Shown: piece after piece, positions 24,131 through 42,681 of the stretch | Position numbering within the stretch: the stretch's first letter is position 1 | How the letters are laid out: every line of letters starts with the position of its first letter | Origin: the human T2T-CHM13v2.0 reference genome, Homo sapiens | NCBI RefSeq assembly: GCF_009914755.1 | Contig: NC_060928.1 | Length of the DNA stretch: 64,000 nt | Strand: one strand, 5' to 3' | The notes under the pieces: model-generated | What the model saw: the letters and a program-made list of their open reading frames with translations, nothing else | Told to the model about the DNA's origin: nothing | Database searches by the model: none | Position numbers and translations under genes: made by a program

Positions 24131-27100
24131 TGGCTGTGAGAGGAGGCTGATGTAAAATTAAAATACAGAATTTCACCAGAGGGTGGAAGAATAGTGGATT
24201 GGATGCAGAATTGGGAATCAAAAATATTCTGACAGTATCTCTCAATTCTGTGAAGAATGATCTGTTTTGGGGAAGAGTCTAAGGAAGTGAGGTCTTGAGG
24301 GTGGGATGTTTGTTTTAGGGCAAGGAAGTAGTTGGAGGGTCTTTGAAGACCTAAGGCTATGGGACCACGGATGTTAATAGAGCTGGGGTCCCACAGGTAA
24401 CAGCTTAAGGAGGAAGAATTTTTAAGGCAATTATAATTCCTGTGCAATTCTGCACTGTATAAAGCTGAGGTAAATCAGTGTGCAGAAATAACCATTGTAA
24501 TTTCACCTTTAACTGAGTTGCTATAGATATAGGGAACATCTGGCCCCAGGCTCTGTCAGTACAGATGAGGTAACTGCAGCCTTCAGAAGGGAATTATTGC
24601 CAGGTCTCGGGCTTGATTTTCTAACTTCCATCTTCTATTTCCTTTTTTCCATCTTTTCTTTCTTTTTTTTTTTAATTTCTCTCCTTCTTTTTTCCTTTTC
24701 TCATCCTCATCCTCCCTCTCTTTTTCCTGCTTTCTTCCTTTCCATTATTCCTCAGTTACTTTATTTCTTTCTCAGTGTATTAATGAACATTTTTGAGGTC
24801 TCTGACATCATTAAAAACTTTATCTATTGCTCTATTGTATGTTAAGCATATTTTCTCTAAGATAAAGTAGAAGGTGACTTTAAATTTCATGCTGCTTTGA
24901 TTTTTTTAAATTATTGATTTGACTCAGGCCACGTCTCTGAGCAGGGTCTAAAATAAGAGATGGAGTATATTTGAGCTTGGATTCACATTTCACATCCACC
25001 TTAATTTCTTTATTGAGTGTTGGAAAACACTGTAACTGAAAGAATTCTAAGAGGAACACATACATACATGACAATAGTATTCAGGATGTGTTGGCGACTT
25101 GGTTAAAGCTATAGCATTTCCCATGAGTTCATTTAACTTCCCCTTTCATCAAAAGACTTTCTAATTAGTGTATTATCAATTCATTAAATTTTCTTTCTCA
25201 TTCTACCTCTCTACTAACCCAGTTCCCCATGCCACAAAGAGTTTTGTGATCTTTAGGTGAGTACATGATCCTGTGCAGTAATACAATATATAGAATCAAG
25301 ACAACTTATCTCTTTGTTTGCAAGATCATTGTACTCTGGTTGGTGTAATCCAGCTATCTTATTCTCCATGGTTTTCAAGAAGAAACCAATCTGCTTTCTG
25401 TGTGGATTGACTGGTAATTTCCTCTCTTATTTTATTTCTTGCATTGATGTTTCATTTGTTGACTGACCCACCCATGAGCTGAGATTCCATTTATAAAACA
25501 GAAACTGACTATACATATGTTACATTAATTTATTTAGGATATGAAGTAACTTCTTTGGGAAAAGATGTTTTTGTGAAGTAGCAGTTTCTGCAACCTCTTG
25601 CAGAACAGAGAGACCCCTTTAAGGAAAAAAAAATAACAAAAGTAGTGTTTTCATCTCTCTGTGCAGGGGTTACAAAAATGGAAAAGAAGTTTGCATGGCT
25701 TGTGTTGCATAACAAATAAGGCTTATGTAACACAAATGTTCTCCAGCCTGACCAACTTGAGTACCACACACCATAAGTAACTCAAAATATCCAAATTACA
25801 AAGGCATCCTCCCTATGTACTTGAATGACAGAAATTAGCATCTCTCAACATGTCCTCTAGCTATTTCTAAGAGCTTCACAGATAGTTGTCACATGAGTGC
25901 CCAGAAATAAGCCTCCTACATGATTCTGCTGCAGCCCCCAGACATGCTGCCACTGTGCTGGCTCCGCTGAGGTTGGCTGTGGTGGTGCCACCACTCTGAT
26001 GGGTACAGCTGTCTTCGCTAATGACTGCTCTTGTCACTACCACTCTAGCTTTAAGGAAGGGGACCCAGCTCTATTTTTTTTTTTTTTTTGCTTAGCAATC
26101 AGAAACTCAGGAGAGATTGATTTGTAATTTCACACAAAAACACAAAGCCCGAACTCTAACTGCAACTTGACTCTACTGAATGTTCAGAATAACAGAAGTG
26201 ATGTAAAATTTACAATGTATATTACTGTATGTGGATCTGCTGAGAGACTATCAGAATATTCATTTTTTCCAGGGAAACCTTACCAATCTACTAATATCTG
26301 CTTTTGTTATTTGGCACCTTATCAAGTCTAGATTGAACACAGTATGATTCTTAAAGTCTGGGTTATGCATTTTCTCTCATTATAGCATGTGAAGGCCATT
26401 GAAATCCAGAGAAAGTCATGCTGTACCAAGGTTACTCCCCTTAGTTGGCACAGTCTCTCTTGCAGTACAAGGGAAAGGGAAGGAAAGGGAAGACCTATAC
26501 ATGTCTGCTGCCACGTTACCCATCTCTATACTCAACCTTGAGCAACTCTTTAAACAGACAGCATTTAATTCTGCAGGAACATGCGATAATAGGCAGGGAT
26601 AGGTAAGTGAAAATATGTGTAATAAAGAAACATTTCTTTAAGGGAAATGATCAACCAATAATCAGGTCTGGCAACCCATTACAGATCCAACCCACATGAT
26701 TAGATTGAAATTGTCTCAGGTATTTCCATTTCAGAAAAGAACTTTGCTTGGTGTTTAACTAAAAGGATTAATCAAAAAATATTTCCAGGGAAAGAAATAA
26801 TCTTCTGAGGATGCAGTAAACAATTCACAGTTTTGGAATTTCAGGTACAGTCTCAGGCAGACACCCAATAATATCCATTTTTAAAATTACATCGGATTTT
26901 ACTGATGTTATTTATATTTTTAAAGTCTGAAAATCTAAGAGATAATTGATGAAAGAGTTGTATTTTTTTCCTCTGAGATGCCATTACAATTAGAATATAG
27001 GTTGTAATCCTTTTCCAAAATGTTTGAGACCAAACGTGTTTCAGCTTTTGGGTTTCTTTGGATTTTGGAATATTTACATATATGTAATAACATATCTTGG

Positions 27101-27162
27101 GGAGGAGACCCAAGTCTAAACACAAAATTTATTTATTCATTATTTATATGCATCTTATACAC

Positions 27163-27549
27163 TGTATTAGTCTCTTCTCTCATTACTATAAAAAATACCT
27201 GAGACTGGGTAATTTATAAAGAAAGTAGGTTTAGTTGGATCATGGTTCGGCAGGCTGTACAGGAAGCATGATGCTTCTGAGGAGGCCTCAGAAAAATTTT
27301 AGTCATGGCAGGAGGTGACAAAAAAGCAGGCACGTCTCACATGACCAGAGCAGGAGGAAGAAAGTGGGTGGGGGAGGTGCCACATACCTTTAAACAACCA
27401 GATCTCCTGAAAACTCTATTATGAGAACAGCACCAAAGGGGGAAACCTTCCCCCATGATCCAATCACCTCCCACCAGGCCCCACTTCCAATATTAGGGAT
27501 TACAATTCAACATGAGATTTGGATGGGAACACACATCCAAACCATATCA
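27163..27549 (-). mobile_element. MST (MSTA-like) solo LTR
   Basis: TG...CA termini; perfect TSD TACAC (27158-27162, 27550-27554). Confidence 0.92.
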
Positions 27550-27689
27550 TACACATAGACTGAAAGTAATTTTGTACAATGTTTTAAATAATATAGTGCA
27601 TGAAACCAAGTTTATATACATGAATTCATCAGAAGGCAAAAGTTTCATTATCTAGGCCACACATGTAGACAATCACACTGCTGCCATCC

Positions 27690-27800
27690 AGTCTAGTATT
27701 TCTGCAGTGAGGGCAAACTACTGGTACAAAATGTTTGTGAAACCAATCAGAAAAGATCTCCCTGGTGATCCGTGCCTTTTTGTTAGTATAATAATGAACT
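27690..27800 (-). pseudogene. Tigger4 transposase DDE-domain fragment
   Basis: [29 protein letters not shown] resembles pogo/CENP-B/Jerky family DDE domains. Confidence 0.75.
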
Positions 27801-27804
27801 GGTA

Positions 27805-31440
<3,636 letters not shown>

Positions 31441-31900
31441 AATAATGAACTGGTAAGAAATTCACACCTTGATAAAAGCAAGGACACAAATTTTTGCCTA
31501 TCACAGCAAGTTTATACTTATCTTCCGGCTGCATTAGCACAACCCAGCATAGTTATTCCATCCTTGGCATTCTTAATTCCCATAGGGGCTGTCGTTTTTC
31601 TGTAGTCAGTGTCTTTCAGAGTCAATAACAGCAAAACAGTGATATTTATTTGCTATTATAAGCTTGTTCTGGCATCAGGTTTTCATCAGAGATGACCATG
31701 ACAAACTCATCAATGAACTTATCCACTGCTTTGTGATCAGCAAATGTTTTATCAAGACAAATTTTTAAACATTTAATTCTCTATCTTTTCTTAAATTTCT
31801 GTGACCAGTCTGTTGAATATTCACAGTTCCCTTCAGTTTTCTGTTCATCATGATTGATATTTCCTTGTTTCATGATCAGCATATCATTAAATGGCTTGTG

Positions 31901-34900
31901 GTTTGTTTTATTAAATCTTCATTAGTTTTTCTTTTCTTAACTTTTATTTTTAGGTTCAGAGGGTACATGTGTAGGTTTGTTACATGGGTAAATAGTGTGT
32001 CATTGGTGTTTGGAGTAAAAGTAATTTCATCATCCAGATAGTGAGCATAGTAGCTGATAGGTAGTTTTTTGATACTCAGTCTGCTCCCACCCTCCACCCT
32101 CAATTAGGCCCCGGTGTCTATTGTTCCTTTCTTTGTGTCCATGTGTACTCAATGTTTAGCTCCCACTTATAAGTGACAACATGCGGTGTTTGGTTTTCTG
32201 TTCCTGTGTTAATCTGCTTAAGATGATGGCCTACAGCTGCATCCATATTGCTGCAAAAGACATGTTTCATTCTTTTTTATGGCTATGTAGTATTCTATGG
32301 TGTCTACCATGATTTCTTTATCCAGTGCACCATTGATGTGCACCTGGTTGATTCCATGTCTTTGCCATTGTGAACAGTGCTGCAATGAGCATACAGGTGC
32401 ATGTGTCTTTTTGGTAGAATGATTTTATATGCCTTTGGTTATGTACCAAGTGAAGGGATTGCTAGGTCAAATGGTAATTCTTTTTTAAGTCCTTTCAGAA
32501 ATCTCCAAACTGCTTTCCATAGTGGCTGAACTAATTTAAATTCCTACCAACAGTACATAAGGATTCTCTTTTCTCCACGCCTCACCAATATCTGTTTTTT
32601 TTTTTTTTTGACATTTTAATAATAGCCTTTCTGACTGGTGTGAAATGGTATCTCATTGTAGTCTTGATTTACATTTCTCTAATGATTAGTGATGTTGAGC
32701 ATTTTATCATATGCTTGTATGCTTGTTGGCTGTGTGTATGTCTCCCTTTGTGAGGTGTCTTAAAAAAAGTCTTTGCCCACTTTTTAACAGAGGCTTTTTT
32801 TGCTTGTTGATTTAAGCTCCTTATAGATTCTGAACATTGGACCTTTTTCAGATGCATAGTTTGTATATATTTCTCTCATTCTGTAGGTCATCTATTTTCT
32901 CTGTTTGTAGTTTATTTTGCTGTGCAGAAGCTCTTTAGTTTAATTTTGTCCCACTTATTAACTTTTGTTTTGGTTGCAATTGCTTTTGCAGGCTCTGTCA
33001 TAAAATCTTTGCCAAGGCCTATGTACAAAATGATATTTCCTAGGTTTTCATCTAAGACGTTTATACTTTTAGGTCTTACATTTCAGTCTTTAATCAATTT
33101 TGACTTGATTTTTATATATGGTGAAAGGAAGGATCCAGTTTTAATTTTCTGTATATGGGTAGCCAGTTATCCCAGTTTCATTTCTTGAAAAGGGACACCT
33201 TTCCTCATTGCTTGTTGTTGCCAATTTTGTTGATGATCAGATAGTTGTACATGTGTAGCTTTATATCTGAGTTCTCTGATCACTTTCATTGACCTGTTTT
33301 TGTACCAGTACCATGCTGTTTGGTTACTGTAACCTTGTAATAGAGTTTGAAGTTGGTAGTGTGATGTCTATGGCTTTGTTCTTTTTGCTTAGAATTGCTT
33401 TGGCTCTTTATGTTCTTTTTTGGTTACATATGAATTTTGGAATAGTTTTTTCTAACGTTGTAAAAATGACACTGATAGCTTGATAGGACTAGCAATGAAA
33501 CTGTAAACTGTTTTGGGGAGTAAGGCCATTTTAATGATACTGATTATTTCTCTCTGTGAGCCTGGAATGTTTTTCCATTTGTTTGTGTCATCTCATTTCT
33601 TTGCGGAACATTTTTAAATTCTCTTTGTAGAGATTTTTCACCGCCCTGGTTAAGTGTATTTCTAGGTGTTTTATTCTTTTTTTGGCCCTTGTGAATGGGA
33701 TTGTGTTCTTGATTTGGCTTTCAGCTGAGATGTTATTAGCGTACAGAAATGCTACTAATTTTGGTACAATTATTTTGTATCCTGAGGCTTTACTGAAGTT
33801 GTTTATGAGATCTAAGAGGCTTTGAGAAGAGATTTTGGGGTTTTCTAGGAATATAATGGTTTTGTCTGTGAAGATAGATAGTTTGACTTATTTTCCTATT
33901 TGGATGTTTTTATTTCTTTCTCTTGCCTGATTGCTTTGACTAGAATTTACAGTACTATGCTGAGTGGGAGTGGTGAGAGTATGCATTCTTGCCTTGTTCT
34001 TGTTCTCAATGGTAATGCTCCCAGTAGTCCAGTAAGTATGATGTTGGCTGTGGGTTTGTCATAGATGGCTCTTATTATTTTTGAGATATGTTTCTTAAAT
34101 TCATAGTTTACTGAGGATTTTTTATCTGAAGGGATGTTGAATTTTATTGAAAGCCTTTGCTGCATCTATTGAGATTATAATGTAGTTTTTCAGTTCTCTT
34201 TATGTGATAAATCACATTTATTGATTTGCATATGTTGAACAATCTTTGATCCCAGGAATAAGGCCTACTTAATTGTAAATGTGCTGCTGGATTCAGTTTG
34301 CTAGTATTCTGTTGAGGATTTTTGCATCTATATTCTTCAGAGATATTGGCCTGAAATTTTCTGTTTTCATTGTGTCTCTGTCAGGTTTTCTTATCTGAAT
34401 TATGTTGTCCTTGTAGAATGAGTTAGGGATAAGTCACTTCCCCTAAATTTTGGGGAATAATTTCAGAAGAATTGATGTCAATTCTTCTTTGCACATCTGG
34501 CAGAATACAGCTTTGAATCTGTCTGGTCCAGGAATTTTTCTGGTTGGTAGTTTTTTTTTTTTTCTGATTCAATTTTGAAACTCATTATTGGTCTTTTCGG
34601 GATTTCTATTTCTTAATTGTTCAATCTTGGAAGATTATATTTCCAGGAGCTTATGCATTTTTTCTAGGTGTTCTAGTTTGTATGCATAGAGGTGTTCATA
34701 ATAGTCTCTGATTTTTTTTTAAATTTCTGTGGGGTCAGTAGTAATGCCACCTTTGCCATTTTTGATTGTGTTCATTTAGATCTTCTCTCCTTTTTTCTTT
34801 ATTAATCTAGCTAGTGGTCTATCGATCTTGTTTTTTACTTTAGAACAACTAACTTTTGGTTTCATCAATCTTTTGTATAGATTTCTGAACCAAAATTTCA

Positions 34901-35849
34901 TTCAGTTCATCTCTGATTTTATTTCTTTTTCTACTTGCTTTGGGGTTGATTTGCTCTTGCTTTTCTACTTCTTCTAGTTGTGATGTTAGGTAGTTAATCT
35001 GAGATCTTTCTAACTTGTTGATGTAGGCACTTAGCACTATAAACTTTCCTCTGAACACTGTTTTAGCTGTGTCCCAGAGATTCTGATATGTTGTATCTTT
35101 GTTTTCATTAGCTAAGAATTTTTTTATTTCTGCATTAATTTCATTCTGTGGCTCCAAAGCCATTCAGGAGCAGGTTGTTTAATTTCCTTGTAATTGTATG
35201 GTTTTGAGAGATCTTTTGGTATTGATTACTATTTTTATTATGCTGCATTCCTAGAGTGCGGTTGGTATGATTTCAGTTTTTTGGAATTTGTTGAGAATTG
35301 CCTTGTGTGTGAGCATATTGTTGATCTTGGAATATGTGCCATGTGCAAATGAGAAGAAAGTACATTGTGTTGTTGTTGGGTGGAGTATTCTGTAGATGCC
35401 TGTGAGGTCCATTTGGCCAAGCGCTTAGTTTAGGTCTTGAATGTCTTTGTTAGTTTTCTGCCTTCAAGGCCTGTCTAACACTGTCAGCGGGCTGTTGAAG
35501 TCTCCCACTATTACTGTGTGGTTATCTAAGTCTCCTCATAGGTCTCTAAGATGTTGTTTTATGAAGCTTGGTGCTCCAACGTTGACGGCATATATATTTA
35601 GGATTGTTAAGTCTTTTTGTTGAATAGAGCCCTTTACTATTATGGAATGCCTTTCTTTTCCTTTTCCATCATTGTTGGTTTAAAGTCTGTTTTGTGTGAA
35701 ATAAGAATAGCAATCTTCCTCTTTTTTTTGTTTTCCATTTGCCTGATAGATCTTTCTCCACTCCTTTAGTTCGAGCCTATGAGTGCCATTGCATGTGAGA
35801 TGGGTCATTTGAAGATGGCATACAGTTGGGTCTTGTTCTTTATCCTACT
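31901..35849 (-). mobile_element. L1PA15/16-like element, ~3.9 kb, 5'-truncated within the endonuclease region
   Basis: 3' UTR aggtttgttacatgggtaaat...gtgagcatagta; continuous degenerate ORF2 on -. Confidence 0.88.
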
Positions 35850-36180
35850 TGAAGTGGAACATGTTCACTGTGATATTAATGAATCTACCCTTTTAGTACA
35901 TGATGGGGACTTTTATTTTTCACTTTATGCAGTGTTTTTCTATTTTTTCATTAACATTTATTCATCACTTTCAGCACGGAACTTTAACAGTTTATTTTTC
36001 TCTTTCTTCAGGCCATAGTAATGGTCATTCCAACACCATACTCTTCTGTAAGACATTTTACACACACTGTCCATTTTCTCCAACAGCTTGACTTTCTGTG
36101 CTATAGGTAAACAGAAATGCTTCCTCTTTGTCTTATTACTGTCACACATAGGGCTACCTGCTGGTCTTTTTGATGTTTTC
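35850..36180 (-). pseudogene. Tigger4 transposase N-terminal (CENP-B-type HTH) fragment
   Basis: KRKHFCLPIAQKVKLLEKMD resembles pogo/Tigger N-termini; frameshifted. Confidence 0.7.
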
Positions 36181-37837
36181 AACAATATCTTTACACCACA
36201 GAACAAAAAATACACCAAATAAACCAACAGAAAACACAGTGAGTAATGCATGTAGGTCTTGGCCTCCTGTAGAGCATAGTGGGGAACCTGCTGTTAGTGT
36301 GTCTGTCCTGCACATGTGCCATTTTATGACCCTTTGTGGGGCTACTTGGGACTGAGAATCTGTCTGTACATGGAAAAGATGTATCACAGCTGCAGTGTGA
36401 TGGGTGGGTCTTTTTTCCTTTGGGGATACTGAATAAACTGTGCATTGTGCATCTGTGTTTTGACTGTGAGCCACCACATGTGGTCAGGTATGAAGTTTCC
36501 CATTTGTAGTATCATGTCGGTGCTGAAAACTTTTGAATTTTGGAGCATTTCTGATTTTCGGATTGGTATGCTCAACTTGTAGATCTGAAAACCTGTGAGT
36601 TTTTAGAAATATTAAATCACACACATAATGCATTTTAATATAAATGTAGTTTAAGAAGATGAGCAAAAATTAATTTAACATATATTATCAGGGTTACAAC
36701 TATTCAGTGTTCAAAAACTAGAGGTTCTCCTTCTAAACATTTAATATAATCTAACATAACACAGAAAAATGTTACTTGACTATTAAGTAGATAAGTATAT
36801 CATTAGAAGGCAAATGTATTTTTTCTGCTCTTGATTTTCTTTAAGTGCCTCTCTCTTTTCCTTTATTATTCCCATAATTCCATATGCAGGGTCTGAAAAT
36901 TTCAGTAATGTGCAATATGAGGTTGTTGTGTTGAGAGGTTAATGAAATACCAGGGTGGACTGGCTAGAGTTCTGATGGCCTGAATTTATATTTTAAATCA
37001 ATCCAAATCCTGACTACATTTGATAACACCTATTGATTGTTATCTGATCCATATGAAATATTTTGTGGTTAATATTTTAGCTTTTAAGTTTGGCAGGGAA
37101 TTCTAAAACAGAGGCAGCAATTCCCAAAACCTTCTAGTTTGTTGCTGCCAATTTCAGTGGCATTATACAGGCAGATTATGTCAGGAGAATTAATATTGGT
37201 GGCAGAGGATGTACACTCCAGGTCCTAGCCTCCTGAGATAGAGTTGGCTACATTTCACTGCAATGCCTCACCTTCTCCTCTGCAACCTCCTTTCTTCTTC
37301 TAAAGTTAAGAAGTTTCATTTCTTCCAATTGATAGCTGGACATCTGGAATTAGGAAGAAAGAGAATCATCATACCTGTTATATATGAATTTGCATTTTAC
37401 ATATTTTTCCATTTAATATTTAACTACACCTGATTTGTAAATTTGGGAAGAATAACTGAATTATTTTTCTCTATTCTGTCCTTTCTTTTGGGGCCAATTT
37501 GCCTGAAGGGAGCATGGATCCTGCTCTACCACATATGCATTCAACAGAACTGTCCAGTTTAGATTTTAATGAATAGATAACTGAGTCCTTCAGATTTAAG
37601 ACTCAGTATTTGCAAATTTTCTTGGAAAATAGGCTTAAAGTTATGTCCCTCAATCTGACCTCCTCCAGCAAGAACAAGGATAGTGTTTAGATAGATTTTC
37701 TAATTTTTTAAATAAATGATAAATTTCATCTCTCAATTTATTTAGAATGTGGGTAGTAATGAAGGATAATATAGTTACTTATTGGGTCATCCCTGAAGAT
37801 GGTGTTATATGTAACATACGATGCTATGAATAAGTAA

Positions 37838-38322
37838 TGTTGGATGTTCTTCATTTGTCTCTCAAGACCTACTCCTCATCCTTCTCTGTGCTGATAATCT
37901 TTGGAGTCCTAATATGTTTTGATTACATCAAGGGGCTCCCAGACCCCTAGGCTTCCAACTGATGTCTACCAATAAGGATTACCAATAAAAGACTGAAGAG
38001 AAGTAGTAGAATAGAGTCAGGATATGTATTTTCTAGTTTTCTTCCTTGAAGAAGGTTCCAACGGGCTCTGTCTCTTAATTGAAAGTCACTGCTCCTCCCA
38101 AGGCATGTAACTCTACATGATTCTATGCCCTTCTTGTTTTCAGTAACCATTCCTTCTTCTTGTCCTGTGGAATCTAGGTTGATAAGAGCTTGGTCGCTAC
38201 CTGTGGTTATTGCACCATCCATTGTGGTTATCCTACAATCATACCTTGGTAAATGTTCCTTGTGCTAATAAAACTGTATTGGACTATTGTGTTTTGCATG
38301 TATCATGTTTACTTCTGGGAAA
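37838..38322 (+). mobile_element. LTR33-like ERVL solo LTR
   Basis: tgttggatgttcttcatttgtctctcaagacctactcc start; aataaa near the 3' end. Confidence 0.7.
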
Positions 38323-38399
38323 TATATATGTATATATTTATACACACACATATCTTACATTTATATACATACATAATACCTACACACATATTTATTCAA

Positions 38400-39030
38400 G
38401 AAACTTTCTGAGTATCTTCCATTCCTTTGGGACGAGAAGTGCAGAAAGAAGAAATATAGTTTCTACATTTGAGTAACCTACAGTATAAGAGACAACAGAC
38501 AAGTAATTATAGTATAAGAAGGAAACAACTCTAATAGTTGACAAAAGGGTTGTGGGAACACATGAAAGCAGTGAATGATTTGCCTGGAAATGTTGTCAAA
38601 TGCTTCACTAAAGAGCTGCTATTTCAGATGAGTCTTAAAGGATGAATAGGAATTTTTCCTTTGAAAGAGGCTGAATAATACCCTTTAAAATAATTTACTA
38701 TAATTGATAAAGGCCAAGAAAAGTTAATGTGTAGAAGCCTCAGTATTTTTATTAAAGAATGAGGTAGGACAAAGGTTAGGTTGGAAACGCAAACTGGGAA
38801 TGTATTTGAATATCTGTAGTTTTTATGAGAAGGAATTACTGTGTTTTTCAGTTGGCAATAGAAAACATCCAAGAGTTTTAAACAGGAAGAATGTGACATG
38901 TTTGCTTTGTAGATCTCTACTCTGGTGGTGTCCAGTTCTGAGCTGACTTTGGGAGAGACTAGTGTTAGGAAATTAGAGAAGTTTACTGTAATGGGCCAGG
39001 GATGAGATGACTAAAGCCTTAACAAAAGCA
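38400..39030 (-). mobile_element. L2 fragment
   Basis: gatgagtcttaaaggatgaatagga and agagttttaaacaggaagaatgtgacatg resemble L2 on the reverse strand. Confidence 0.55.
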
Positions 39031-39039
39031 AAGTCGAAC

Positions 39040-39390
39040 GGCTGTGTGTAGTTTAAGATTGCTCTTATCCCAGCACTTTGGGAGGCAGAGGTGGACGTAT
39101 CACTTGAGCACAGGAATTTGAGACCAACCTGGGCAACATGGTGAAATCCTATCTCTACCAAAAACAAAAAACAAAAAACAAAAAAACCCAACAAAAATTA
39201 GTCAGGCATGGTGGCACACGCCTATGGTCCCAGCTACATGGGATGCTAAGGCAGGAGGATTGCTTGAGCCCAGAAGGTTCAGGCTACAGTGATATAGTGA
39301 GCGGTGATCCTGCCACTGCACTCCAGCTTCAGTGGCAGAGTGAGACCCTTTCTCAAAAAAAAAAAAGAAAAAAAAAGGAAAGAAAGAAAA
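39040..39390 (+). mobile_element. AluJ
   Basis: J diagnostics cacttgagc, ggattgcttgagccc, ggctacagtg; expanded (CAAAAAA)n linker. Confidence 0.9.
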
Positions 39391-40479
39391 GAGTGCTCTT
39401 AATACATCATCAGATAAGGCTTCCAAACTATCGCTTCACAATTTTTTTTTTGGAATCCATTTTATTAACCTTTTTTTTTTAACTGTTAAAAATCTGGTCA
39501 GAGGATTAGATTGCAAAAAAATTAATGTTGAGAGTATAGTATTAGCTTAAAAGAAAATAAAATAACTATTTTTTAAAAGGTTAATGATGGTCATTCAAAT
39601 AAGTCACAATTATTTTATTTTCATACATATCACAATTTTATGTGACATACTTAAATATATTTTCATATTTTTATTAAATTCTCAATTTTTGTATTTTTAC
39701 TTCCACTTTTTGTAGTGTACATTCTACACTTAATTTGAGCATCATCAAAGACAACTGCCACCCAGAGCATTATGTCTTGAAACATAACTCATGTTGTATT
39801 CAATATTGTTGATAAATGAAAGTTACTTATCAGCATTTACCATATAGAGAAATGTGAAATTGAATGGTGTAATTTTTCAAAAGCAATTAGTTGTCTAAGT
39901 TGAAGACAAAGTATTAGGTATAAAATATTTTAATCAAACAAAAAATTAAATATTATGTATTTAAATGTTTAAACATGATACTTTCAAGCTAAAACTACCT
40001 TGCAACATGTTGATGAATGTCACTGTGTTTCCTCTGGGTAAACAGAGGAAGTTTGCTATGACAGTGACAGCCACAGGTCTTAAATAATTGCCTTGGAACA
40101 TAAGATAATCAAGTATGCCAGTTGTTCAGTGTATCTTTCCTGCATGGGTAAGAAAGTAGGACAAACCATGCCATTCAAGGTCTATTTAAACTTCACCAAA
40201 ATAACTAGAAAATGTCAAACAATTGAGAGAATATGAGTTTTCTCCTCTAAAATGACAGTTTTTTTCCAACTAAAATAAAATCATGTTTTTATCATGACAA
40301 ACCAATTGAATAGTTAAACATACCTGGATATGAAGTGACTGCTTTATCATGCCCATTAATTTACTTGAGTAATATTTTTTATTGATTTGACTGACAATGG
40401 AATTTTATAGCATCAGAAAGCAACGTATTTCTTTTGTTTCATATTTAAGGAATTGACGACATTTAAGTGAGGCTTAGAA

Positions 40480-41700
40480 ACCATTTGCTGAACATTGCTC
40501 TGTGCTAGACATTGTGCTATGTGTTACTGCCTTATGAAGTAGTGAAAGTAACAGAAATATGAACTATTAACCACAATCACTAAACTATATAGCGTGCCAA
40601 TACCATAATGCTCAACACAGAAGTACTAAAAAGAAGTGCATACCACCCAGAGAAGGAGGAAATATATATTTTAATATTAGTAGGCATTTTCTTTATAGGC
40701 ACAAATTTAAAAGCCATCGTGAGCAGATTGTCAATTTACACAGTAAAAAGTGAACATGTAACCACAAGTGAATTAGCATCTTGGGGCACAGAACAAAGAG
40801 GTCATTAAATTAGAGAGGTAGTCAAACACCAGCTCATATAGGTTTTTGTTTGCTAAGCTTGGGCTCTATCTTATATGTAACAGGAAGCCAGCAACTGTTT
40901 TCAACAAGGAAGTGGTTTGGTCAGTTTTTGTTTTAGAAAGATTTGCTCTAAAGGAGGTTTGGAGAATGGATTTTAATGGTAATAAGTACTCCACGAGACC
41001 AGTTAGGAAGTTATGGTAACATTCCACACATGTAGGATGTGTTGCTTGGTTGGGTGTGAAGGTGAGAGACAGGAGATCCTGAGGATAAAAATTAGATTCT
41101 ATGCTTGAGTCACTGAGTGTAGGTCATGTCAGGTTCTAGGATAGGGAATACAGGAGGTTTTCTTGAGATCAGATAATGAATTATTTTAGACATAATTAAA
41201 TATAAATTTTTAGAGTGATGTACAGTAAGTAGTTCACTAGATGACTCAAGGGAGAGATAGAGCTTCTTATGCAGATTTTTTATATGTCAGCATGTACATT
41301 CATGTTATAACCTTTAATATTAGATGAAATTTTTTTGGAGACAATATTTGCAGTACAAAACAGAGTGCAATGATTGAGAACTCTCATGTTGAAGGAATGG
41401 GCAGAAAAAGCACAAAATAAAGGAAACTAAGGAAGTGCAATCAGAAGGCAAAAATGAAAACCGAGAAAAGAAAAACATCATGGAAAGAAGGAAATAACTT
41501 AGATGGTTTGGGAGTTGTCAAAGTTCCATAACATGGCCAGCTATGATGAGAACTAAAATTATAATAGGAATTAATAACTAGGAAATCATTCATTCCCCTG
41601 GGGAGAGCCAATTCAAAAGATATGTAGAAGCAGAAATAAAATTACATCATGGAAGCACTGCATGTAATATTGAAAATGATAGGAGTGAGATGGGCCTTTA
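40480..41700 (-). mobile_element. L2 fragments
   Basis: catttgctgaacattgctctgtgctagacattgtgcta and ggtcagtttttgttttagaaagat; boundaries approximate. Confidence 0.5.
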
Positions 41701-41914
41701 CTTAGACAGATGCAGGTTCTAAGACGCCAGACTATTAAAGAAAAGAGCTTATTGAAACAGCAATAAATAGTGTTCATTGTAGCATTAGCCAGGTAAGAGA
41801 TTTATTGGATTTCTGCCTATGAATACTTCATCTTCTAAGTAAGTAAAGAAAAAGTGTTATTGGAAATATTCTTATGGAATATGATTTGAGTGCTGGTATA
41901 CAAATTAAGATATA

Positions 41915-42070
41915 AGTCTCTGAAGTCACACTATGACTGTTCAAACTACAGCTTTGTCTATTGCCTGTTGTTTGACCCAAGCCAGTAACTGAATCTTGAT
42001 ATCTCAGTTTTCTCATTTATAATATGAGGGCATGCATAGGCTTATATAAAGAATAAATGCTAAGATGTAC
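41915..42070 (+). mobile_element. MIR SINE
   Basis: Core tctcagttttctcatttataatatgagg. Confidence 0.6.
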
Positions 42071-42293
42071 ATGCATGTGTTGTGTGTGTGTGTATTATCT
42101 GTCTAGTAAAATAATGCCAAAATATGTGTAAGCCAGTGAAGATTTTAAGTAACTTCTTAAATGATTCTCAAACTTTGGCATGTGGTAGGCAAACCACAAA
42201 CCTTGGTTTTCTTTTTCTTTTATTTTCTCCACTTTCCTTACCCACAGGTGGATATTAGATACTGACCATGTATTGTAAGAAAGTGTTACATAA

Positions 42294-42681
<388 letters not shown>

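Noticed and set aside
23944-24447. 167-aa minus-strand ORF
   Set aside because: Ser/Leu-rich product of a purine-rich, partly L2-derived tract; no motif
24440-24600. Paired catctg/cagatg E-boxes as an enhancer
   Set aside because: Hexamers alone are uninformative without conservation data
39025-39400. AluJ lacking an evident TSD as a deletion event
   Set aside because: Too old and A-rich to distinguish TSD decay from deletion
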